Source: an archaeon (lineage in GTDB: Archaea; Iainarchaeota; Iainarchaeia; Iainarchaeales; 0-14-0-20-34-12). Taken from it: a DNA stretch of 23,192 nt. Below the pieces are notes generated by a model. That model was not told where the DNA came from, did no database searches, and was given only the letters and a program-made list of their open reading frames with translations. A program made the translations under genes and the position numbers. The stretch spans positions 76,098 through 99,289 of the forward strand of contig JBBSVU010000016.1 in assembly GCA_038046645.1 (NCBI GenBank), read 5' to 3'. Shown piece by piece: positions 16,920-23,192 of the stretch (its first letter is position 1; each line of letters opens with the position of its first letter).

Positions 16920-17489
16920 ATGTTTCCTGACTGCAAAAAATTAGCATCTTTGCTCTTGATTTTTGGAACCTTGTTTTTTGTTTCAGCTTTATGGTATGCT
17001 GAATCAATTTATCCTAAGTATGATATTTTCCAAAATTATATCAGCGATTTGGGAGTTGGGACTGCTGCCTTTATTTTCAACAATGCAATAATGCTTGCGG
17101 GATTTTTCCTAATCATTATCTCATTTTTGCTTTTCAAGCAATTCAAAGATAAATTATTTCTTAGCCTTTTGGCTGTTACCGGAATCGGCGCTTTCGGCGT
17201 TGGACTCTTCCCTGAAAATGCAGGTTATTTGCATTCAGTTTTTTCTGCAATAACCTTTTTATTTGGGGCATTTTCGGCAATTTATTCAAGTAAATTTTCC
17301 AAAAAGCCATTTTCTTGGTTTTTTATCCAGCTTGGCTTGTTTTCCTTGGTTGCAACAATTCTTTTTGCAACAAACAATACCTTTGGTTTAGGGATTGGTG
17401 GAATGGAACGCTTAATTGTTTATCCCTTCTTGATATGGACTTTTGTTTTTGGGATTTATTTAATATTTTCAAAAGAAAATCAAAATTAG
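16920..17489 (+). CDS. DUF998-like membrane protein
   Basis: YPKYDIFQNYISDLG, GVGLFPE, LH..SAITF and GGMERL. About five hydrophobic segments. Confidence 0.85.
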   Translation: MFPDCKKLASLLLIFGTLFFVSALWYAESIYPKYDIFQNYISDLGVGTAAFIFNNAIMLAGFFLIIISFLLFKQFKDKLFLSLLAVTGIGAFGVGLFPENAGYLHSVFSAITFLFGAFSAIYSSKFSKKPFSWFFIQLGLFSLVATILFATNNTFGLGIGGMERLIVYPFLIWTFVFGIYLIFSKENQN

Positions 17490-17506
17490 AAAAATAGATC
17501 TGAGTT

Positions 17507-18301
17507 TTATTTAAAATAATCAGCAACATTCCTGAATATTTTCATGTTGATTGATTCTTCAGGCAGCTTTTTCCCTTCTCTTTTCAGTTTTTCCTTCAAT
17601 TTTGGCCAACCATAAATATTTGTGAATTCTAAAGCCCTTTCAGGGTGTGGCATTATTCCCAATACCTTGCCATTTTCTGATGTTATGCCTGCAATGTCTT
17701 CAAGTGCGCCATTTGGGTTATAGGGATAGAGGCCATTTGCGCTTGACAAATCTTCTTTCACATATTTGAATGCAATCATTTTTTTCTTTTTCATCTTTGC
17801 AAGAGTTTCTTTTTGGCAATAAAAATTTCCTTCACCATGCGCTACAGGGCAATAAATCTTTTCAATTCCTGCAGTCCAGAAATTATTTGCTTCAGGCTTT
17901 AATGTTACAAACCTGCATTCTAAAACACCGCGAGCATTGTTCATTAAGGCAACATCCCTTTTGTATTCATTGTTGAATGCGGGCAAAATCCCCAAATTTA
18001 CAAGAATCTGGAAACCGTTGCATATGCCCAAAACAAGGTTGTCTTTGTCCAAGAATTCTCTCAAATCTTCCATCAAATTGTTCTTCAATCTGTTAGCATA
18101 GCCATTTCCTGAGCCAGTGTCATCACCATAGGAAAACCCGCCAGGGAATACAAGTAAACGATAATCAATCATCTTATTTTTCCCTGCAATTAAATCATTG
18201 ATATGCACAATATCGGCTTTCATTCCTGCCCTTTCTAATGCAATTTTTGTTTCCATCTCCGAATTTATGCCATATCCGCTCATTATTAACGCTTTTTCCA
18301 T
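17507..18301 (-). CDS. purQ: FGAM synthase glutaminase subunit
   Basis: FPGGFSYGD, LGICNGFQ, AHGEG, NPNG and MPHPER. ATG 18301 has a GTGGG RBS. Confidence 0.95.
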   Translation of the reverse strand: MEKALIMSGYGINSEMETKIALERAGMKADIVHINDLIAGKNKMIDYRLLVFPGGFSYGDDTGSGNGYANRLKNNLMEDLREFLDKDNLVLGICNGFQILVNLGILPAFNNEYKRDVALMNNARGVLECRFVTLKPEANNFWTAGIEKIYCPVAHGEGNFYCQKETLAKMKKKKMIAFKYVKEDLSSANGLYPYNPNGALEDIAGITSENGKVLGIMPHPERALEFTNIYGWPKLKEKLKREGKKLPEESINMKIFRNVADYFK

Positions 18302-18342
18302 ATCAATAACCCACAAATCTTTGCCTGTACCCTTTTCCCATA

Positions 18343-21267
18343 TCAATACCCTGAAAATGTTTCCTTGTACGCTTTTTCCATTTCGCTGATTTTCAAATCA
18401 ACAATTTTTTTGCCATTTTTAATTATGAATCTGTTGCCTTTCACAATGCCGAGCAGTTGTGCATCATTTCCCATACTATTTTCAAATGCTTTTTTGTTTT
18501 TTGGGTTTATTGTTACAGCAAACCTTGCCATTGATTCTGAAAATAAATAATAATCAGCTCTCGTTGTGTTTGGAATTGTAATGTCAAGACCTAACCTGCC
18601 AGCAATAGCCATCTTTGCAAGTGCAATTCCCAATCCACCGTAATTTGTTGGATATGCTGCATCAATTAATTCATTTTCAATGGCTTTTTGCATTTTTCCA
18701 TATATCTCTTTTGCCTTTTTTCCATCTAGCTTTGGAACATTATTTCCTAGTGCACCAAGATAAGAAAAATATTCACTTCCGCCTAATTCTTCAGATGTCT
18801 CCCCCACAGCATACACAAGGTCATTTTCAAATTTAACATCCATTGAAACAGCTTTTTTCACATCTTCAAGTATGCCGATTGAAGAAATTAATAATGTGGG
18901 GGGAACAGAAATCTTTATTTGTTTATTTTCAGCATTATATCCCTTAAAATCATTGAACATGCTGTCTTTCCCAGAAATAAAAGGTGTGCCAAATAATATT
19001 GAGAAATCATAGCATGCTTTTGCTGCCCTCTTTAGTTGCCCCAACCTTTCTGCATCATCTGAAGAACACCAGCAAAAATTATCCAATAAGGCAATTTTAT
19101 CAAGAGAAACGCCCATTGCTATTAATCCTCTTATGGCAGTATCAATGCCTGCAGCAGCCATCCAATATGCATCAATGTCTGAATATGCCGGGTAAACGCC
19201 TTGTGATAATCCAACGGCTTTTTTGGAATCAAGCACAACCTTTGTTAATGAACCTATTCCTTGTACCCTTCCTTCTCCCTGCACAGGGCTTAAAACCTGG
19301 CCGCCTTGCACAGCATGGTCATACTGCGTAGAAATAAATTCCTTAGAGCATATATTTTTCCTTTTTAACATATTCAAAAATGCTTTGTTCAATTTGCCAG
19401 GGTATGGTTTTTTTGGTTCAGGGTTTTTCTTCTGCACGAATTTGCTTTTCAAATGTTTTTTAGGTAAGCCTTCATGCAAAAATTCCAAATCAATGTCCAT
19501 TATTGTTTTTCCTTTGTGTTGAACAACACATTTTCCTGAATCGTTAAATTCGCCGATTATCGTTGCTTCAACATCGTGCTTTTTCATTATGCCCATAAAT
19601 TTGTCCAAGTTTTGTGGCGGAATAGCCAAAGTCATCCTTTCCTGGCTTTCAGAAATCCATATTTCCCAGGGAGACATCCCAGGATATTTTAATGGAACTT
19701 TATCTAATTGCACAAAACAGCCATTGCTTTCCTTTGCCATTTCTGCAACAGAGCAGGATATGCCCCCAGCGCCATTGTCTGTTATGCTGTTATACAAACC
19801 TAAATCCCTGCATTCCTTTACAATTGCATCACTGAATTTTTTTTGTGTAATGGGATCGCCAATTTGCACTGCGGTTACAGGGCTGCCAGAATCCAAAGCT
19901 TCAGAGGAAAATGTTGCTCCATGTATTCCGTCTTTTCCAACTCTGCCACCTATAACAATAATTTTATCGCCTGCTTTTGCCTGCTTTTCATAAAGCTTTT
20001 TTCCGTTTAATTCAGCAGGCATTATTCCTACAGTGCCTACAAATACAAGAGGTTTGCCGCAATACCTGTATTCAAAATAGCACCATCCTTGCGGTGTTGG
20101 TATTCCAGAACAATTTCCGCCAGTATTTACTCCCTTTACTACTCCGTCAAGTATCTGCCTTGGTGCAATAATCGGATTTTTCTTATCCTTATTTCTGTAT
20201 AATTTAGGTTTTGTTTCAGGATCAGCAAAACAATAACCATAATAGTTAATTGCAGGTTTTGCACCTAATCCAAATCCAATAGTATCTCTGTTAACGCCGA
20301 CAATCCCTGTTACCGCTCCGCCAAAAGGGTCTAAGGCTGATGGCGAGTTATGGGTTTCAACCTTATGTGTTACCAAATATTTGTCATCAAATTTTATTGC
20401 GCCAGAATTATCTGTGAAAACAGAAATACAAATATCATTCTTTCCTTTTTCTTCCCTGATTTTATTTGTTGCTGCTTTTATATATGTTTTATACAAACCT
20501 GCAGGAACATCATCATCTAAAGAAGCGGCAAATATTGTGTGCTTGCAATGCTCGCTCCATGTCTGCGCCAATGATTCCAATTCTATGTCAGTCGGATTTC
20601 TGCCTTTCTCCTTGAAATAATCTTTAATTGCACTCAAATATTCCAAGTCAAGGGCTAACGGGCCTCTTCTTTGCCCGGTTTTTTTATCAAGAATTCCCTC
20701 CTTCCCTAATTTTACCAATTCTTCCTGGCTGATATTCAAATCAACCTCTTCAGCTTCAGGCATTTCATTTAATTTCACAGCAGGAATTACAATTCCCATT
20801 CCAAGTTTGCCATATTCTTCCCTTGTTTTTACATTAATCCTTTGAATCAGCGGATTGGCAAAGGTTTGGGCTAATTCATTCATTTTTTGTTTATGTAATT
20901 TTCCGTCAAATAAGAATAATTGTGAAGAATAAACCGCTTCATTCCCCCTAAAATTTGTTTTAAACAAATCCATAATTATTTGTTTTGCCGTATTTCCAAC
21001 ATTGTCTGTTACCCCTGGCAAAAACCCTACCTCAATTGCAAAATCAAATTTTTCTGCAGTCGCTTCATCTGTGGCATATTTTTGCATTACTGGATTGGAA
21101 AGTGATTCAGCGATTTTCACCAAATCATTTTTTCCAAATTGTTTATTGATAGTGTAACATTCAACAAGCCTGGCATTTTTGACTTTAAATCCTAGGCTGT
21201 TTAATTTTGCGGTTCGAAATTTAATGCGCGGATCCTTTTTATATGAAATTTCAATTCTGTGTGCCAT
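18343..21267 (-). CDS. purL: FGAM synthase subunit PurL with fused N-terminal PurS-like region
   Basis: QTWSEHCKH, KVETHNSPSALDPFGGAVTG, GKDGIHGATFSS, DNGAGG, SESQERM and ISGKDS. The N-terminal ~170 aa contain SNPVMQ, PGVTDNVG and ANPLIQ. Confidence 0.95.
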   Translation of the reverse strand: MAHRIEISYKKDPRIKFRTAKLNSLGFKVKNARLVECYTINKQFGKNDLVKIAESLSNPVMQKYATDEATAEKFDFAIEVGFLPGVTDNVGNTAKQIIMDLFKTNFRGNEAVYSSQLFLFDGKLHKQKMNELAQTFANPLIQRINVKTREEYGKLGMGIVIPAVKLNEMPEAEEVDLNISQEELVKLGKEGILDKKTGQRRGPLALDLEYLSAIKDYFKEKGRNPTDIELESLAQTWSEHCKHTIFAASLDDDVPAGLYKTYIKAATNKIREEKGKNDICISVFTDNSGAIKFDDKYLVTHKVETHNSPSALDPFGGAVTGIVGVNRDTIGFGLGAKPAINYYGYCFADPETKPKLYRNKDKKNPIIAPRQILDGVVKGVNTGGNCSGIPTPQGWCYFEYRYCGKPLVFVGTVGIMPAELNGKKLYEKQAKAGDKIIVIGGRVGKDGIHGATFSSEALDSGSPVTAVQIGDPITQKKFSDAIVKECRDLGLYNSITDNGAGGISCSVAEMAKESNGCFVQLDKVPLKYPGMSPWEIWISESQERMTLAIPPQNLDKFMGIMKKHDVEATIIGEFNDSGKCVVQHKGKTIMDIDLEFLHEGLPKKHLKSKFVQKKNPEPKKPYPGKLNKAFLNMLKRKNICSKEFISTQYDHAVQGGQVLSPVQGEGRVQGIGSLTKVVLDSKKAVGLSQGVYPAYSDIDAYWMAAAGIDTAIRGLIAMGVSLDKIALLDNFCWCSSDDAERLGQLKRAAKACYDFSILFGTPFISGKDSMFNDFKGYNAENKQIKISVPPTLLISSIGILEDVKKAVSMDVKFENDLVYAVGETSEELGGSEYFSYLGALGNNVPKLDGKKAKEIYGKMQKAIENELIDAAYPTNYGGLGIALAKMAIAGRLGLDITIPNTTRADYYLFSESMARFAVTINPKNKKAFENSMGNDAQLLGIVKGNRFIIKNGKKIVDLKISEMEKAYKETFSGY

Positions 21268-21337
21268 TTAAATGCAAATATATTGGATTAGAATAGCTTT
21301 AAATATATTTCCAGAATTCTTATTTTTTGGCACAAGC

Positions 21338-22000
21338 ATGAAAGAATCTGATGAAATTATAAACAAGCTGAAATCACTGTCAAATGCCAAAAATATTGAT
21401 GGAATGGCACGCTTTGGCATCAATCCAGAGAATACCTTGGGTGTTTCAATCCCCGCCCTGAGGGCAATAGCCAAGAAATACAAAAATAACCATAATTTAG
21501 CTCTTGAACTGTGGAACTCAGGGATTCATGAAGCAAGAATCTTAGCTGGCTTTATTGATGATCCAGCACAGGTTAGTGAAAAACAAATGGACTTATGGGC
21601 AAAAGATTTTGATTCGTGGGATGTTTGCGACCAAGTATGCGGCAACCTTTTTGACAAAACAGGATTTGCATGGCAAAAGGCTTTTGAATGGCCAAAAAGA
21701 AAAGAGGAGTTTGTGAAACGTGCTGGTTTTGTCTTGATGGCTTGCCTGTCGGTGCATGACAAAGATGCAGAAGATAAAGAAATATTGGACTTCTTTCCAT
21801 TAATAAAGCGCGAAGCAGTAGATGAAAGAAATTTTGTTAAGAAAGCAGTAAATTGGGCTTTGCGGCAGATTGGCAAAAGAAATAAAAAACTGAATAGGGC
21901 AGCGATTAAATGTGCCAAAGAAATTTTGAAGATTGATTCAAAAGCAGCAAAATGGATTGCAAATGATGCTTTACGTGAATTGAAAAATGAGAGGTTCTAA
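21338..22000 (+). CDS. DNA alkylation repair protein (AlkD-like)
   Basis: GVSIPALRAIAK, LWNSGIHEAR, FDSWDVCD and DERNFVKKAVNWALRQIGKRN. ATG 21338. Confidence 0.9.
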   Translation: MKESDEIINKLKSLSNAKNIDGMARFGINPENTLGVSIPALRAIAKKYKNNHNLALELWNSGIHEARILAGFIDDPAQVSEKQMDLWAKDFDSWDVCDQVCGNLFDKTGFAWQKAFEWPKRKEEFVKRAGFVLMACLSVHDKDAEDKEILDFFPLIKREAVDERNFVKKAVNWALRQIGKRNKKLNRAAIKCAKEILKIDSKAAKWIANDALRELKNERF

Positions 22001-22011
22001 TAATCTTCTTC

Positions 22012-22149
22012 GTGACGCTCCATGGGCTGAAGCCCATGGCGTCTTTATATTAGTGGGCTTCAGGCGGAAGCCCAATACAGAAAAAAATGAAATGGGTGCG
22101 CTCCTCTCCAACCTGAAGGTTGGAGCTTCCGCGCACCCATGGAGCGTCA
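22012..22149 (-). mobile_element. Non-autonomous IS200/IS605-family mini-element (PATE-like), 138 bp
   Basis: Minus strand: TCAC | left end ..GAAG-CTCCAACC-TTCA-GGTTGGAG ... right end GACG-CCATGGGC-TTCA-GCCCATGG-AGCG-TCAC. Both guide tetranucleotides fit TCAC cleavage sites under the IS608/ISDra2 pairing rule. No gene inside. Confidence 0.75.
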
Positions 22150-22175
22150 GTGAATATTGAATCAGAATTTTTTAT

Positions 22176-23192
22176 AAATATTAACCTTGTGAGCGAGAAA
22201 TCTGCAACTTTTAAGTTGTAGATGAAAGCGAACATACTTCAGGGGAAATCCACTCTCTCCAATTCTTTATAAAGCCCAAAAAGCTTTTATTTGTTCATGC
22301 TGCTCACATACAAATTCAGGATATATCCATCAAAGGAACAAGAACAAAAGCTATTTTTTGTTTTGGATAAATGCCGCCTTACATACAACAAACTGCTTGA
22401 AATATTAAACAAACAGGAAAAGATAAATCAGAATGAGATACAGGCAGCAATACCAAAACTAAAAGAACAATATCCAGAACTAAATGAAATATATTCCAAA
22501 ACTCTGCAGTATGAATGTTACAGATTATTTTCAAACCTAAGGGCATTATCAAGGCTGAAGAAAAATGGTAAGAACATAGGTTGTTTGCGTTTCAAAGGAA
22601 AAGACTGGTTCAAGACCTTTACTTATAACCAGTCTGGCTTTGTTCTTGAAATAAAGAACAGGAAATATAACAAACTGCATCTTTCAAAGATAGGTTCTCT
22701 TTCTATAAGAACCCACAGAATAATAAATGGAGAAATAAAGCAGGTGCAAATAAAGCGAGAATGTTCAGGAAAATGGTTTGCTTTATTATGCATCCATAAA
22801 AGGGAAGAAAAACCAAGAGTAAAAACAAACAAACAAATAGGCCTTGACTTAGGAACAATAAACTTCATATATGACTCAGATGGAAATCATATTAATCACC
22901 CAAAGTTCCTTAATAAATCACTGAAAAAGTTAGCAGCAGAACAGAGAAAACTCTCAAAGAAGAAGAAAGGTTCAAGCAACAGAATAAAGCAAAAAATAAG
23001 AGTAGCTAAAGTGCATGAAATAATCTGCAACCAAAGGAATGATTTCCTGCATAAGCTATCAAGAAAATATGTAAATAACTATGACTTTATGGCAGCAGAA
23101 GACCTTAACATAAGAAATATAATAGAAAAATCATATTCAGCAAGAAACATAATGGATGCTTCTTGGAACTCTTTTTTACAGATGTTAAGATA
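22176..23192 (+). mobile_element. IS200/IS605-family element with tnpB and no upstream tnpA (IS1341-like); right end outside window
   Basis: Left-end hairpin GAAA-TCTGCAACTT-TT-AAGTTGTAGA (22197-22222) lies upstream of tnpB. The left boundary is inferred to follow TTTAT (22171-22175). Confidence 0.75.
22297..23192 (+). CDS. tnpB: RNA-guided endonuclease TnpB (partial, not in ORF track)
   Basis: Hand translation: MLLTYKFRIYPSKEQ.., LRFKG, FTYNQSGF, LSKIG, GKWFA, RuvC-I IGLDLG (D at 22846), LSKKKKGSSNRIK, DFLHKLS, RuvC-II AAEDL (E at 23098) and IMDASW. Open to the window edge. Confidence 0.96.
   Translation, partial: MLLTYKFRIYPSKEQEQKLFFVLDKCRLTYNKLLEILNKQEKINQNEIQAAIPKLKEQYPELNEIYSKTLQYECYRLFSNLRALSRLKKNGKNIGCLRFKGKDWFKTFTYNQSGFVLEIKNRKYNKLHLSKIGSLSIRTHRIINGEIKQVQIKRECSGKWFALLCIHKREEKPRVKTNKQIGLDLGTINFIYDSDGNHINHPKFLNKSLKKLAAEQRKLSKKKKGSSNRIKQKIRVAKVHEIICNQRNDFLHKLSRKYVNNYDFMAAEDLNIRNIIEKSYSARNIMDASWNSFLQMLR

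Noticed and set aside
22005..22156. BHB-spliced element or classical DDE MITE with target-site duplication
   Set aside because: The flanks do not form 3-4-3 BHB geometry. The repeated GTGA is explained by identical TCAC cleavage motifs, one inside and one outside the element.
22050..22235. 61-aa ORF as a tnpA remnant
   Set aside because: It has no HUH or catalytic Tyr motif and only reads through the two element ends.
22297..23192. Cas12f/Cas14 effector
   Set aside because: It has a typical TnpB N-terminus and an IS605-type left end, with no array or cas1/cas2 in view. The downstream side is not visible.

Overview
AT-rich archaeal chromosomal segment. The evidence is TATA/BRE promoters, apparently leaderless genes, tRNA genes without encoded CCA that carry 37/38 bulge-helix-bulge (BHB) introns, and an HTH-10 regulator. 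The gene content suggests a DPANN lineage with anabolic capacity such as Diapherotrites/Iainarchaeota, but that assignment is inference. Core genes: guaA, purL (fused to PurS-like domains), purQ, a mosaic ilvE-leuA-leuB-leuC-leuD operon with a divergent ACT-domain regulator, an FKBP PPIase, a HIT hydrolase, a DUF998-like protein and an AlkD-like protein. Two tRNAs: Ser(TGA), interrupted by an unusually long 161-nt hairpin-filled spacer that could be an intron or the gap of a split gene, and Leu(GAG), with an 18-nt intron, directly after the leu operon. Accessory content: two AbiE-type (type IV) toxin-antitoxin (TA) pairs with palindromic operators, a decayed island after tRNA-Leu (broken HEPN gene, gene remnants, tRNA-end fragment), a 34-aa HEAT tandem-repeat gene, a candidate ~65-nt ncRNA, a 138-bp non-autonomous IS200/IS605 mini-element, and a tnpB element cut by the window edge. 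Three ORFs missing from the supplied track were read by hand: 1..659, 1394..1561 and 22297..23192. All calls come from motif recognition; no database search was run.
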